Positions 40,074 through 52,281 are shown, counted from the stretch's first letter. The stretch: 64,000 bases of DNA from Longimicrobiales bacterium (GCA_963664435.2 CAXXKM010000003.1:1312001-1376000), one strand, 5' to 3'. Numbers and translations are program-made. The notes: generated by a model from the sequence alone, not told the origin.

Positions 40074-41003
40074 TTATTGGTCCTCGTTCCGTTGCCGGTT
40101 CGCCAGCACCATGCGCTCGCGGCTCGTCAGGTCGGGGACGATGCGCACCCCGGCAAAGGCGCTCGTGTCGTCAATCCGGCGCGCCACCGAAGGTGCCTGA
40201 TCGGCCCCCACCTCCAGCGCCAGCAGTCCCCCGGACGCCAGATGCCGCGGCGCGCCGGCGATCAGCGGCGCCAGCACCAGCATGCCGTCGGCACCCGCCT
40301 CCAGCGCGCGCCGGGGTTCCCAGTCCCGCACCTCGGGCTCCAGGCCCTCCATTTGGGTGCCGGGGATGTAGGGAGGGTTCGATACGATCACGTCGAAGCG
40401 CTCGTCGCGCCCGACGGGGTCGTACAGCGATCCCGCCCTGAACTCCACCGGAGCCCCGTCATGGTATTGCTCACCGTTCACGGAAGCCACCTCGAGCGCG
40501 TCGCGGCTGATGTCGGTGGCGACGACGGAGGCGAAGTCGCCTTCGGTGGCCAGCGCCAGGGCCAGGGCCCCGCAGCCGGTCCCCAGGTCGAGTGCCCGGA
40601 GCCCGGCAGGGGCGCGGCCCGCGGCCCAGGCCAGCACCTCTCCGGCGAGCAGCTCCGTTTCCGGACGGGGAACCAAAACCCGCCGGTCCACGGCCAGATC
40701 CATTTCGCGGAAGGTGGCCCTGCCCAGAATGTACTGGAGGGGTTCTCGGCGGGCGCGCCGCAGGAGACGAGGTTTGAAGGCGGCCAGCTCGGATGCCTGG
40801 AGCGGCCGGTCATGCTGCAGGTAGAGCTCGAGGCGCGGCACCCCGACCGTGTCGGCCAGCAGGTGCTCGGCGTCCAGCCGCGCGCCGGGCACGCCCTTGC
40901 CCTCAAGGTAGTGCGCGCTCCAGAGCACCAGGTTCAGGACGGTCCAGGGTTCTTCCCTCCCGGGAACGCGGCCGGAGGGGCGCCTGAGCGAGATCGTGCT
41001 CAA
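40074..41003 (-). CDS. prmC: Release factor glutamine methyltransferase
   Basis: [33 protein letters not shown] start overlapping the prfA stop. Confidence 0.95.
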   Translation of the reverse strand: MSTISLRRPSGRVPGREEPWTVLNLVLWSAHYLEGKGVPGARLDAEHLLADTVGVPRLELYLQHDRPLQASELAAFKPRLLRRARREPLQYILGRATFREMDLAVDRRVLVPRPETELLAGEVLAWAAGRAPAGLRALDLGTGCGALALALATEGDFASVVATDISRDALEVASVNGEQYHDGAPVEFRAGSLYDPVGRDERFDVIVSNPPYIPGTQMEGLEPEVRDWEPRRALEAGADGMLVLAPLIAGAPRHLASGGLLALEVGADQAPSVARRIDDTSAFAGVRIVPDLTSRERMVLANRQRNEDQ

Positions 41004-42103
41004 CCGTCCTCCAGCCGCTCGCGCCGCTCGGCCAGGCGAAGGGCTTCCAGAAACTCGTCCAGTTCGCCGTGGAGTATCGATTCCAGCCGGTGCAGGGTAA
41101 GCCCGATGCGGTGATCCGTCACCCGGTTCTGGGGAAAGTTGTAGGTGCGGATCTTGGCGGATCGGTCTCCGGATCCGATCTGCGACTTGCGCTCCCGCGA
41201 GCGCTCGACCGCGCGCTGGGCGAGCTCGCGGTCGAGAAGACGGCTGCGCAGCACCTTCATCGCCCTGGCCTTGTTCTTGTGCTGGGACTTCTCGTCCTGG
41301 CAGGTCACCACCAGCCCGCTGGGCTCGTGGGTGATGCGCACGGCCGAGTCGGTGGTGTTCACCGACTGTCCTCCCGGACCCGAAGAACGGAACACGTCTA
41401 TGCGCAGATCCGCAGGGTCGATCCCTACGTCGACCGGCTCCGCCTCCGGCAGCACCGCGACCGATGCCGCGGAGGTGTGAATGCGGCCCTGGCTCTCGGT
41501 GGCCGGAACCCGCTGCACCCGGTGCACTCCCGATTCGTAGCGCAGCGCGCCGTAGGCCCCGCGGCCGCTCACCGTGAAGACGGCCTCCTTGATGGCGCCG
41601 GGGATGCCTTCGGAGAGGCTGAGGAGCTCGATGCTCCAGCCGCGCCGCTCCGCCAGCCGCTGATACATGCGCATCACCTCGGCGGCGAACAGCCCGGCTT
41701 CGTCGCCGCCGGTACCGGCCCGCACTTCGACGACCGCGGCGCGGTCGTCCATGGGATCGCGCGGGAGGAGGAGCTCCCATGCACGCCTCGCCAGCACCTC
41801 GAGCCGGCCCTCCAGCTCCTCGACCTCCATGCGGGCGAGTTCCCGGACCTCCGGGTCGTCCGGATCGTCCGTGAGCTCGCGCGCCTCCTCCAGCTGCTCC
41901 AGCGCGCTCTCGATCTCGCGTGAGGTGCGGGCGACGGGGTCCACCCCGGCGCGCTGCCGGCTCAGAACGCGCAGGCGCGCGGGGTTGCGGGCCACCTCGG
42001 GGTCGGCCAGCTCCGCGTCCAGTTCGCGCAGACGTTCCTCTGCCTTCTTCAAGCGCTTGCGCGCCTGATCGAGGCGCTCCAGGGGTTTGTCGAGAAACGT
42101 CAT
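41000..42103 (-). CDS. prfA: Peptide chain release factor 1
   Basis: [15 protein letters not shown] (PAT motif), [16 protein letters not shown]. Confidence 0.97.
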   Translation of the reverse strand: MTFLDKPLERLDQARKRLKKAEERLRELDAELADPEVARNPARLRVLSRQRAGVDPVARTSREIESALEQLEEARELTDDPDDPEVRELARMEVEELEGRLEVLARRAWELLLPRDPMDDRAAVVEVRAGTGGDEAGLFAAEVMRMYQRLAERRGWSIELLSLSEGIPGAIKEAVFTVSGRGAYGALRYESGVHRVQRVPATESQGRIHTSAASVAVLPEAEPVDVGIDPADLRIDVFRSSGPGGQSVNTTDSAVRITHEPSGLVVTCQDEKSQHKNKARAMKVLRSRLLDRELAQRAVERSRERKSQIGSGDRSAKIRTYNFPQNRVTDHRIGLTLHRLESILHGELDEFLEALRLAERRERLEDG

Positions 42104-42208
42104 TCCGTGCGCCATGCGCGGCGATGCCCGGGTCGTCCCTGCGGGATGGGTGAAGGCCCGGCCCGGCCGCAGGGAGCGATGCGCGGCCGGTCGGGGGCGG
42201 GAGCCCGT

Positions 42209-42237
42209 AGTATAGATTTGGCCCGAAGGGCGTTCAA
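42209..42237 (-). promoter_or_regulatory. Candidate sigma70 promoter for prfA-prmC
   Basis: TTGAAC-N17-TATACT. Confidence 0.65.
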
Positions 42238-42271
42238 TGGCCGGTTTCGGGCGAGCGGGCGATGGTCCCGG

Positions 42272-43843
42272 TCAAGACGGCCTGCCGCGGGGGCGGGCAA
42301 ACAGGAGCAGCAGGAACAGAACCGCCGCGGCCCCCGGCCCCGCCACATCCCCGATGCGCGCGTACCAGGTGGGCGCCACGGCCGCATCGACCCGGGCGGT
42401 CGCAACCCCCGCGCCCGGGCCGCCGAACCGCGCGCGCACCCGGCCGGTGGGATCGACGAAACCCGCGGGCCCGAGATTGGCCGCGCGCACGACCCCGGTG
42501 CGCGTCTCGATGGCGCGCATCACCAGGTGCGCCTCCTGCTGCGCGATGGCGAAGGCGCCCGAGCGCGCAAACCATGCGTCGTTGGTGATGTTGAGCAGCA
42601 CCCCGGCGCCCGCGCGGCGGAGCGCCCGGGCGGCGCCGGCGAACGCGGCCTCGTAGCAGATGAGCGCACCTGCCCGGTAGCCGCCGACTTCGAACAGCGT
42701 CCACGCCCCGCCCGCGCGCAGCGGGCTCTCGCCGGCCTCCACCGGCAGAACGCCCGCAAGCGGCGCCCGCTCCACCCACGGCACCAGGCGGCGCTTGTCG
42801 TAGGGATCGCCCAGCAGCCCCGCAGGACCGGCCAGGGCCGCCGAGTTGTACCGCCCCGCCCCCCGCTCCGCCGCGCGCACCACGCCGAACAGGACGGGCG
42901 CCCCCAGCCGCCGTGACAGGTCCTCCAGCCCTGCGACCACTTCCGGCTGGTCCAACCCGTCCCGGAAGGTGCCCTCCGGGAGCACCACCAGCGACGGCGC
43001 GCGCGCTCCGTCCGCCGCCGCCAGAAGTGCGTCCACGGCGGCGAGCGCCTCCAGGTCGGAAACCACCTCGCCCGGCCCGGCGCGCAAGGTGGTGCGAACG
43101 GTGGCCACCACCGGGCCGGGCCTCAGGTCCAGGTGGCGCGCGCGCCAGACCCCCCACGCGGCGGGGACGGCCGCGACGACCAGGGCGGCTGCCAACCACG
43201 GGCGGGCAGGCCCGACTCCACCCCGCAGCCATCGCGCGTGCCGGCCGGCCGGCACGGCCTCGGCGACCAGGCCGTTCACCAGCGCCAGCCAGAACGTGAC
43301 CCCGCGGGCGCCGGCCAGCTCTGCAACCCCGACCAGCTCCGGGTACCCCGTGAGCGACGTACCCAGCCCCAGCCACGGGTAGGCCAGCGTCCCCGGGGCG
43401 TGGGCGATTCCCCACTCCACCGCCGTCCACACCAGGGGCAGCGCGCACCAGAGCGGAACCCGGCAGTCATGCCGCAAGAGGCTGAGCATCCAGCACGCCA
43501 GCGCCTGCGACAGCCCGAGCAGCATCACGGCCGTGGCGAAGACCAGGGGCGCCGTCGCCGTCAGCCGCGCCAGCGCGGGGACCATCCAGTGCAGCAGCAG
43601 GCCGTAGTGCAGCAACCCGAACACCACGCCGACGCGCGCAGCTCGACGTGGCGTGCGCGCCTCCCGGACCGCGACCGACAGCGGGACCAGCGCCAGGAAG
43701 GAAGGCGCGACCAGGTGCATCGGGGGGAAGGCCCCAAAGAGCAGGAGCGCGGACGCCGACGCCAGCCACCATTCCCGCGCGTTCAGGCCGAAGAGGGCCC
43801 CGATGCCCCTCGGGCCCGCTCTCCCCTGCCGGGAATCAGCCAC
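42272..43843 (-). CDS. lnt: Apolipoprotein N-acyltransferase
   Basis: Transmembrane helices, YPW..LG, PE, YDK..LVP..E, ICYE, TNDAWF, RAIE, AN.G. Confidence 0.93.
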   Translation of the reverse strand: MADSRQGRAGPRGIGALFGLNAREWWLASASALLLFGAFPPMHLVAPSFLALVPLSVAVREARTPRRAARVGVVFGLLHYGLLLHWMVPALARLTATAPLVFATAVMLLGLSQALACWMLSLLRHDCRVPLWCALPLVWTAVEWGIAHAPGTLAYPWLGLGTSLTGYPELVGVAELAGARGVTFWLALVNGLVAEAVPAGRHARWLRGGVGPARPWLAAALVVAAVPAAWGVWRARHLDLRPGPVVATVRTTLRAGPGEVVSDLEALAAVDALLAAADGARAPSLVVLPEGTFRDGLDQPEVVAGLEDLSRRLGAPVLFGVVRAAERGAGRYNSAALAGPAGLLGDPYDKRRLVPWVERAPLAGVLPVEAGESPLRAGGAWTLFEVGGYRAGALICYEAAFAGAARALRRAGAGVLLNITNDAWFARSGAFAIAQQEAHLVMRAIETRTGVVRAANLGPAGFVDPTGRVRARFGGPGAGVATARVDAAVAPTWYARIGDVAGPGAAAVLFLLLLFARPRGRPS

Positions 43844-43876
43844 CGCGCGAACCTCCGCGGCCGCCCGGAACCGGTC

Positions 43877-44575
43877 TCAGCGGGGTTCCATCTCCCCGGG
43901 AGCCGTGCCACCGAACATGATCTGCAGCCCACCCCGGACGTTGAAGTAGCGCAGATCGTCGGTCACCTCGTAGCGGCCGTGCCAGTAGAGACGGGACCAG
44001 CGCCAGAGCGGATACTCGAGCCCCAGGTGCACGTTCACCCCCGGGCGCACCGTGTCCAGAAGGTCCTCGATGAAGGTGTCGTCGATCGCCTCGCCCTGTC
44101 CGTCGAGCACATGCACGGAGGCGCCCAGCCCGAGAAAGGTCAGCCATCCGAAGGGCACGTTCCAGACGACATGGGAGTCGACGCCAACGACCAGATCGGT
44201 CCATGTGATCGTGCCCAGATCGAGGGCGGGCCCGCCCTCGGTTCCGGCGTCCCCCACCTCTCTTGCGATCAACTGCTCCAGACGGGTCTCGAGGCGGGAC
44301 ACCTCCTCGGTCTCGAACTCCGACGACCAATAGGTCACCGAGGGCGAGATGCGGAGCCCCGGCCCGAGATACCCGAGGTCGAGCCGCGCGCCCCAGCTCC
44401 GTGTCTCCCCGCGCACCCCGTGGATCCTGTACCCGGGGAGATACCCGGCTTCGAAACCGATGCCCCGCAAGCTCAGGTTTATGTAGTCGAAGTCGGCGAG
44501 GTCCTGCGCCGCCGCCGGTCCTGCCATGCCGAACCCGGCCACGAGGCCCATCAGGAGCATCGCAGCGCCCCTCAT
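43877..44575 (-). CDS. Putative outer-membrane beta-barrel protein
   Basis: Signal peptide (A-A-A-Q cleavage) and alternating aromatic strands; start at MRGAAM. Confidence 0.65.
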   Translation of the reverse strand: MRGAAMLLMGLVAGFGMAGPAAAQDLADFDYINLSLRGIGFEAGYLPGYRIHGVRGETRSWGARLDLGYLGPGLRISPSVTYWSSEFETEEVSRLETRLEQLIAREVGDAGTEGGPALDLGTITWTDLVVGVDSHVVWNVPFGWLTFLGLGASVHVLDGQGEAIDDTFIEDLLDTVRPGVNVHLGLEYPLWRWSRLYWHGRYEVTDDLRYFNVRGGLQIMFGGTAPGEMEPR

Positions 44576-44616
44576 CCGGCCCCTTCCGGGATCACCCCCC
44601 GTTCGGCGCCAGGCTC

Positions 44617-45285
44617 TCATCGGGTGATGACCTGAACCCCCCGTGGCGGCGTGAAGCGGAAAGCCTCGCTCCCCAATCGGGGGTTCGGCTCGAATCCCGT
44701 CAGCTGCACCTCGCGCAGGTTGCCGTTTTCCTCCTCGATTTCGGTACGCCGGATGAACCACGTCCCCTCGTCGATCCACACCCGCGCCTCGCGATAGGCG
44801 GTCGGCTGGCGCGGAACCAGCCGGATGACGTGGGTGGCTGCCCCGTCGAGTTCCTCGCCGCGCAGATACACGGGAGCGTAGCGGGTTCCGGGATCCGAGA
44901 GGAATTCGCGGTGGAAGTCGAAGCCGCCCTGTCGGTCGGCGGTCATGGGCGAGCGAATCACCTGACCGGCGTCGCTGCTCGGGAAGTAGACCCACAGCCA
45001 CTCCCCGTCAGCGACCACCAGGTCGCCCTCGGGGTCGGTGAACCGCATGGAGAAGCGGTCGGGCTGCTGCTGGCACATGCGCCCCCGGGAACGGGTCACC
45101 TGGCTCAGAAGCGGCGAGGTCAGGGTCTGCCGGAAGTCGGCGCAGAACCCCGTCAACGCGGAATACTCGCCGGAAGCGCGCTCGAGGATGGCCAACGGAT
45201 CCGCGGCCTCCTGCATGGCGAAGGCGGCGCCCGGACCGACAGCTGCGCAGAGGACCGCCAGAAGGCCGAAGAACGTGTTTTGCAT
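44617..45285 (-). CDS. lolA: Outer membrane lipoprotein carrier LolA
   Basis: Signal peptide, ADF.Q, VADG..LW.Y.P, F.FTPP.GV; directly downstream of ftsK. Confidence 0.9.
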   Translation of the reverse strand: MQNTFFGLLAVLCAAVGPGAAFAMQEAADPLAILERASGEYSALTGFCADFRQTLTSPLLSQVTRSRGRMCQQQPDRFSMRFTDPEGDLVVADGEWLWVYFPSSDAGQVIRSPMTADRQGGFDFHREFLSDPGTRYAPVYLRGEELDGAATHVIRLVPRQPTAYREARVWIDEGTWFIRRTEIEEENGNLREVQLTGFEPNPRLGSEAFRFTPPRGVQVITR

Positions 45286-45357
45286 GGGACGCCATACCCT
45301 CGGGCGAGCGCCCCCGTTCCGGCCCGGCGCGCTGTCAGGCGGCCCCTGGACGGGCAG

Positions 45358-47778
45358 CTAGCGCAACGACTCGATCTCGTCCAGCCCCATGTGCACTTCG
45401 CGCGGCTTGGAGCCGTCGGGCGGACCCAGCACGCCCGCCTCGTGCAGCTGGTCCACCACGCGCGCCGCGCGGCCGTAGCCGATGCGCAGCTTCCGCTGCA
45501 GCAGGGACGTCGAGCCCTGATTCTGCCGTACGCACACTTCGGCCGCGGCGAAGAAGAGGTCGTCGCGCTCCACCGGGCCGTCCTCCTCCCCGGCGTCTCC
45601 TTCCCCTTCCCGGGTGCGAACCATGGCCAGGATGTCCTCCTCTCCCGTGAAGTCCGGCATTTCGCCGGCGTCCTCCCAGTGCCGCACCAGCTCCCGGAAC
45701 CAGCCGGTAAGCCGGTTCGTATCCGACCCCGGTACGAAGGCGCCCTGGATGCGCACCGGCTCGCTCTGGCCGGGCGGCAGGAACAGCATGTCGCCGTTGC
45801 CCAGCAGCGCATCCGCGCCGTTCTGGTCGAGGATGGTGCGCGAGTCGGTCTTGGAGGCGACCCGGAAGGCGATGCGGCAGGGGAAGTTGGCCTTGATGAG
45901 CCCGGTGATCACGTTCACGCTGGGCCGCTGGGTCGCAACCATCAGATGGATGCCGATGGCGCGCGCCTTCTGGGCGAGCATCGTCAGCGGGCGTTCGACC
46001 TCGCCCTGGACCGTCATCATCAGATCGGCGAGCTCGTCGATGATCACCACCACGAAGGGGAGGATGCCCTCCTCCCAGGCTTCCTCCTCCGGTTCCTCGC
46101 CGGGCGCGGGCGGGCGCGGCGGATGACGCAGGGGCCGCCCGTCCCGCACCTTCCGATTGAACTCCCCCAGAGAGCGCGCCTGGTTCGCCGAGAGCAGCGC
46201 GTACCGGCGCTCCATCTCCATCACCGCCCATTTCAGGACGCTCGCGGCGTCGGCCGGATCGGTCACCACCGGATGGCGCAGGTGGGGAAGATCGGCGTAC
46301 ACCGACAGCTCGACCATCTTGGGATCGACCATCAGGAGCCGAAGCGACTCGGGCGAGTGGGAGTAGACCAGGCTGGTGATGAACGCGTTCAGGCAAACCG
46401 ACTTTCCCGATCCGGTGGCGCCCGCGATCAGCACATGGGGCATGCGGGCCAGGTCGGAAACATAGGGACGCCCGGTCAGGTCCTTGCCCAGGGCGAGGGG
46501 AAGCGCCGCCTTCGACGACCGGAACGCGGTGGACTCGAGGATGTCCCGCAGATAGACGATTTCCGGCTCGGGATTGGGGATTTCAACGCCGACGGCGCCC
46601 TTTCCGGGGATCGGGGCGACGATGCGGATGCTCCTCGCCTTCATCGCCAGCGCCAGGTCGGCCTCGAGGTTGGCGATGCGGTTGACCTTGACCCCCGCCG
46701 CGGGCACCACCTCGAACTGGGTCACGACCGGCCCGGTGGTGCGGCCGCCGATCCTGCTCTGCACGCCGAACGAGCGCAGCTTTTCCACCAGGATCTCGCC
46801 CAGCCGCGAGAGTTGGAGTTCCATGCGGAAGGGATCCTTCGCCTCCGGGGCATCCAGCAGATCGATCGACGGCAACGCCACGTCGGACGGGTCTGCTGCC
46901 GGTGGCTCGTCCGGGGTCTCCGCGGGCGAGGAAGCTTCCGTTCCGGCCCCGGCCGGCTCGGGTGGCGGTTCCGGGGGCACTTCGCCTGCCGGCTCGGGCG
47001 GCGGGACCCCGTCCTCCAGCTCCCCCACGGCGCCGTCCAGGACTGCCGCGACATCCTCGGGAATGCCCCGTTCGCTGCCCCGCGGGGCGCGCGTCCCCCG
47101 GTCGTCGCCGTCCTTTTTCGCCGCCAGCCGCGGCCGGACAGCCACTCTCCGGCGCAGATCGATCGCGGACCACGCCGACCTGAGGGCTCGTCCCAGCGAC
47201 CTGATGGCGCGTTCCAGCCAGCGGAGCGGGTTCCAGTCCAGAGTCGCCACCATGAGTCCGATCAGGAACCCCGCGAGCAACAGCGTCGTCCCCAGCCAGC
47301 CGATGGCCGAGCTGAGCGTGCCGGCTACGATCGACCCCAGCCATCCCGAACCACCGGCGCTCCCCAGCAGCGATGCGACGCAGGAGGCGATCAGCGCCAG
47401 GCCGGCCGTCAGGATCGCCGCCCGCACGGCGGTGCGGGTCGTCGTCCATGAGCCCGCGCGCAGTCCTCCGAGCGTCAGGAGGACCGGGAGCGCGAACGCT
47501 GCCGCGCCAAGCGCCGCGATCGCCGCTTCCCGGAACCTGGCTCCCAGCAGGCCGATCGCGTTCCCCGAAGGAAACCACGCCTCGGCGCGCGCGCCCAGGA
47601 GCGATACCGGGAAGAGGGCCAGAAGCACGAAGAGCGCCAGGACCACCAGGGCCAGCGCCAGGATGTCGAACCTCTGGCTCGGGGACAGCAAGGCGCCCTC
47701 TCCCTTGTCCGCCCCGCCCCCACGCACCGGCGCCGGCTTGCCGCGGGCACTTCCTCCCGACTTCCTGCGCGCCGCCAC
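45358..47778 (-). CDS. ftsK: DNA translocase FtsK
   Basis: 4TM N-terminus, GATGSGKS, DPKMVEL, IDELADLM, ATQRPS, LQRKLRIGYGRA gamma domain. Confidence 0.97.
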   Translation of the reverse strand: MAARRKSGGSARGKPAPVRGGGADKGEGALLSPSQRFDILALALVVLALFVLLALFPVSLLGARAEAWFPSGNAIGLLGARFREAAIAALGAAAFALPVLLTLGGLRAGSWTTTRTAVRAAILTAGLALIASCVASLLGSAGGSGWLGSIVAGTLSSAIGWLGTTLLLAGFLIGLMVATLDWNPLRWLERAIRSLGRALRSAWSAIDLRRRVAVRPRLAAKKDGDDRGTRAPRGSERGIPEDVAAVLDGAVGELEDGVPPPEPAGEVPPEPPPEPAGAGTEASSPAETPDEPPAADPSDVALPSIDLLDAPEAKDPFRMELQLSRLGEILVEKLRSFGVQSRIGGRTTGPVVTQFEVVPAAGVKVNRIANLEADLALAMKARSIRIVAPIPGKGAVGVEIPNPEPEIVYLRDILESTAFRSSKAALPLALGKDLTGRPYVSDLARMPHVLIAGATGSGKSVCLNAFITSLVYSHSPESLRLLMVDPKMVELSVYADLPHLRHPVVTDPADAASVLKWAVMEMERRYALLSANQARSLGEFNRKVRDGRPLRHPPRPPAPGEEPEEEAWEEGILPFVVVIIDELADLMMTVQGEVERPLTMLAQKARAIGIHLMVATQRPSVNVITGLIKANFPCRIAFRVASKTDSRTILDQNGADALLGNGDMLFLPPGQSEPVRIQGAFVPGSDTNRLTGWFRELVRHWEDAGEMPDFTGEEDILAMVRTREGEGDAGEEDGPVERDDLFFAAAEVCVRQNQGSTSLLQRKLRIGYGRAARVVDQLHEAGVLGPPDGSKPREVHMGLDEIESLR

Positions 47779-47781
47779 CGC

Positions 47782-49131
<1,350 letters not shown>

Positions 49132-49200
49132 CCGTGATGCTCCCGCAACGCGCGCGTCGGGTCGCGCCCGTGGAACGCCCGTCGAAAGGGCGCGGCCCGC

Positions 49201-49698
49201 TCAGACCGGCGCCACCCTGAAAAGCACTTGCCCGTACTCCACAGGCTCGCCGTCCTGCACGAGAATCTCCTCGATGGTCCCGCTGATCTCGCTCTCGAAC
49301 TCGTTCATGAGCTTCATCGCCTCGATGATGCAGAGCGTGTCCCCCTCCGAGATTCGCTGCCCGGTGTCGACATACGGGGGCGCGCCCGGGGCCCCGGCAC
49401 GGTAGAACGTTCCCACCATCGGCGACTTGATCTCGATCAGCGTCGTAGCCGGCAGCTCGTCCCCGCCCGAGTCGCCCGCAGCCGTCGATTCCACCGAGGC
49501 AGCCGTGGCAGGATCCCCGGAGGCCGGCGATTCGACTACTCCCGCGACGGATCCGGCGGCCGCTTCGGTCCGCACGGGGGCCGGCGGGGGGGTCTTGCTG
49601 ATGCGCACGCGCGTGGCGCCGCGCCGGATCTCCACGGTGTCGATGCCGCTCTCATCCACCGCGCGAATGAGGCGCTCGACGAACTCGGCGTCGATCAT
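49201..49698 (-). CDS. accB: Biotin carboxyl carrier protein
   Basis: [15 protein letters not shown]. Confidence 0.97.
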   Translation of the reverse strand: MIDAEFVERLIRAVDESGIDTVEIRRGATRVRISKTPPPAPVRTEAAAGSVAGVVESPASGDPATAASVESTAAGDSGGDELPATTLIEIKSPMVGTFYRAGAPGAPPYVDTGQRISEGDTLCIIEAMKLMNEFESEISGTIEEILVQDGEPVEYGQVLFRVAPV

Positions 49699-50261
49699 GA
49701 CGTCACCCGGGTCAGGTACTTGTCCTCTCTGCGATCCACCCTGAGCACGTCACCCACCTCCACGAAGAGGGGAACCTGCACCACCGCCCCGGTCTCCAGG
49801 GTGGCCGGCTTGGTGCCGCCCTGGGCCGTATCACCCCGCACGCCGGGCTCCGTGCCGGTCACCTCGAGCTCGACGAAGGCGGGGAGTTCCACGGCAATGG
49901 CGGCGTCGTCGTGGACCAGCACTTCGCATTCCATGTTCTCCTTCAGGTACTTCAACTGCTCCTCCCCGACCATGCTTCCCGAGACGGGATGCATGTCGTA
50001 GGTGCGCAGGTCCATGAAGTGGAAGAACTCGCCATCGGTGTAGCTGTATTGCATGGGACGGCGCTCCAGGCGAACGCCGGTGACCCGCTCCCCCGCCCGA
50101 AAGGTCTTCTCGACCACGTGGCCGCCCAGCACGTTCTTGAGCCTCGTGCGCACGAACGCGCCGCCCTTACCCGGCTTGACGTGCTGAAAATAGGTGATCG
50201 CCCACAGGACACCATCGATGTCCAGGATCATGCCATTGCGAAAATTGGCTGTGGTGGCCAT
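49695..50261 (-). CDS. efp: Elongation factor P
   Basis: [31 protein letters not shown]. Confidence 0.97.
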   Translation of the reverse strand: MATTANFRNGMILDIDGVLWAITYFQHVKPGKGGAFVRTRLKNVLGGHVVEKTFRAGERVTGVRLERRPMQYSYTDGEFFHFMDLRTYDMHPVSGSMVGEEQLKYLKENMECEVLVHDDAAIAVELPAFVELEVTGTEPGVRGDTAQGGTKPATLETGAVVQVPLFVEVGDVLRVDRREDKYLTRVTS

Positions 50262-50303
50262 GCAGCCTCGTTGTCGTTTTGCGTCAGGGCACCGGAGCCG
50301 GAA

Positions 50304-50741
50304 TCAATCCCGGGACAGGTGCGCCAGAAGTCCTCGAAGGGCCAGAAGATAGCTTTCCGCGCGAAAACCGGCGACCACGCCCGCGGCCACGGGCGCCAGG
50401 TACGACCGATGCCGGAAGGATTCGCGCGCTGCCGGATTCGACAGATGCACCTCCACGAAGGGCCTGTCGATTCCCGCGAGCGCGTCGCGCAGGGCGATGC
50501 TGGTGTGCGTGAACGCGCCCGGGTTGATCAGGACACCGTCGACCCGGGACGCGGCTTCCTCCAGGTAGTCGAGAATCGCCCCTTCCGAGTTGGACTGGAA
50601 GATCTCGATCTCCACTCCCAGCTCCTCCGCCAGCGTGCGAAGGTGCCCGTTGATGTCCTCGAGGGTGTCCGAACCATACACCTCCGGTTCGCGCCGTCCG
50701 AGCATTCGCAGGTTGGCTCCGTGGATGACGGCGATCCTCAC
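50304..50741 (-). CDS. aroQ: Type II 3-dehydroquinate dehydratase
   Basis: NL.MLG.REP.VYG, QSN.EG, NPGAFTHTS, EVHLSN. Confidence 0.97.
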   Translation of the reverse strand: MRIAVIHGANLRMLGRREPEVYGSDTLEDINGHLRTLAEELGVEIEIFQSNSEGAILDYLEEAASRVDGVLINPGAFTHTSIALRDALAGIDRPFVEVHLSNPAARESFRHRSYLAPVAAGVVAGFRAESYLLALRGLLAHLSRD

Positions 50742-52069
50742 AGCGTCTCCTCGCGTGCCCCGGCGACGTGCGCATCGGGCGCCAGCGCCTCGATCGGAAC
50801 AACGGGCAGGCCGTCACCGGGCTCCGGGTCGACGACCGGGGTCTTCGCCGCCACGCCGCCTCGAGCCGGCTCCGGCTCCCTGGTCGCGTCCATGCTCCCG
50901 GCGCTCGCAGTTCCGGAACGCTCGTCGTCCGGCGGCGCCTCGGTGCGCGGCGACTCGAGCCCGGAAGAAGCTTCGCCCGGCTCGCGTTGCACCGGTGCGG
51001 CGCGGGATGCTTCGTCGCGGGCCTGCCGGCGAATATGCGCCAGGCGGCGCACCAGCGCCTCGTCGTCGGGCTCGGATTCGATGAGACGCTCGTAGACCGC
51101 GATCGCCTGGGCGTGGAGCCCCTGTTGTTCGTAGAGCTGGCCCATGGTGCGGGTGTAGATTCCCGCGTCCCTTACGGCGTCCGAGGCGTTGGCCGGGGTT
51201 GCGACCGGAATCCCGGCTGAACGGGTACTTCTTACCGCCCGCTTCGTCGATACCGGCGCGGCCCGCTCGCCGGTTTCGGCCGCGGCGTCCTGCTCCTTGG
51301 CCTCGCGTGCAGCGCGCTGGTCTACTTCAGCCTCAACGGCGGCGGTCGCCCCTTCGGCCTCGGCCTCCACGGCGGTCACCTGCTCTTCCCCGGCATCCGC
51401 TGCGGCCCGCGGCTCGTCCTCGACCTCACCTGCGGCCAGCGGTTCGTTCCCGGCATCCGCTGCGGTCGCTGGCTCTCTTTCGCCCTCTGCGGTGGCGGGC
51501 GACTCCTCCTCGACCTCCGCTGCGGTCGCTGGCTCCTCCCCGGCATCCGCTGCGGCCGCCTCTTCTTCGGCTTCCAGAGCGACCGGATCCACCGAGGCAA
51601 GTCCGCTGTCGGTTCCGGCGGCCCATACGCCTGCGTCACCGGCCATCCATGACTCGTCCGGGAGCTCGGCATCGCCCTCACTCTCCGAACCGGACACTAC
51701 GGGGCTCCCGGCGTCCTCGGCGAGGGGACCGACCATGGCCAGAACCTGCCGCGCCTCCACGTTATCCGGATCGAGCTCCAGCACGCGTCGGGTTGCCGCC
51801 AGAGCTCCCGCATGGTCCGAAACATCCCGGGCGATTCGCATCGCCACTACGTGCGCGCTCGAGAAGCCCGGATGACGCCGAAGACCCTCTTCGAGCAGGA
51901 GCCTGGCCCGCAGCAGATCTCCCGCGCGCCTGTAGGCATCCGCCAGGGGCACGAAGGAACGGCCCTGTCGATCCTCCGGAGAGTGGAAGGAGGAATAGAG
52001 CCTGCGAATCTCCCGATCCAGCGACTGTTCCACAGGCAGGCTCTCGGAAAGAGGGAAGGCTCCAGTCAC
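50738..52069 (-). CDS. TPR protein with acidic repetitive linker
   Basis: N-terminal TPRs (LADAYRRAG, LELDPDN.EA), acidic 10-aa repeats, C-terminal TPR (TMGQLYEQQG). Start uncertain; the ORF-track TTG at 52159 coincides with a -35 box. Confidence 0.8.
   Translation of the reverse strand: MTGAFPLSESLPVEQSLDREIRRLYSSFHSPEDRQGRSFVPLADAYRRAGDLLRARLLLEEGLRRHPGFSSAHVVAMRIARDVSDHAGALAATRRVLELDPDNVEARQVLAMVGPLAEDAGSPVVSGSESEGDAELPDESWMAGDAGVWAAGTDSGLASVDPVALEAEEEAAAADAGEEPATAAEVEEESPATAEGEREPATAADAGNEPLAAGEVEDEPRAAADAGEEQVTAVEAEAEGATAAVEAEVDQRAAREAKEQDAAAETGERAAPVSTKRAVRSTRSAGIPVATPANASDAVRDAGIYTRTMGQLYEQQGLHAQAIAVYERLIESEPDDEALVRRLAHIRRQARDEASRAAPVQREPGEASSGLESPRTEAPPDDERSGTASAGSMDATREPEPARGGVAAKTPVVDPEPGDGLPVVPIEALAPDAHVAGAREETL
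51361..51570. repeat. Intragenic 30-bp degenerate tandem repeat, about 7 units
   Basis: Units in 30-bp register; CGGCATCCGCTGCGG is exact at 51391, 51451 and 51541. Confidence 0.85.
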
Positions 52070-52129
52070 CGCGCGCGGCTCGGGGACCGCCCGCCGAATT
52101 CGCGAGGGGCGCTCGCGCGTCAACCGGGA

Positions 52130-52159
52130 AAAGTATGGAGCCGTTGCGAAGGGTGTCAA
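52130..52159 (-). promoter_or_regulatory. Candidate sigma70 promoter for the TPR-aroQ-efp-accBC block
   Basis: TTGACA-N18-TACTTT. Confidence 0.6.
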
Positions 52160-52181
52160 CGGATTCCTGCCGGGGCCTCGC

Positions 52182-52210
52182 TTGAGAGCCGTCCGGTATT
52201 CCCGTAAATT
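52182..52210 (+). promoter_or_regulatory. Candidate sigma70 promoter for the ppiD-like gene
   Basis: TTGAGA-N17-TAAATT. Confidence 0.6.
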
Positions 52211-52281
52211 GCCTCTTCTGCGGATATCACCGCGATCACACCATTCTTGCCGGACCCGGACACGCCAGGAGACGCTTCGTC

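Noticed and set aside
44263..47451. 1062-aa plus-strand ORF, and similar long ones at 100-2538, 6321-8702, 18049-20880, 26048-28891 and 28615-30981
   Set aside because: Antisense to clearly identified genes; Arg/Gly/Pro-rich composition typical of shadow frames.
51361..51570. 30-bp periodic repeats as a possible CRISPR array
   Set aside because: In-frame coding tandem repeat with no unique spacers and no cas genes.
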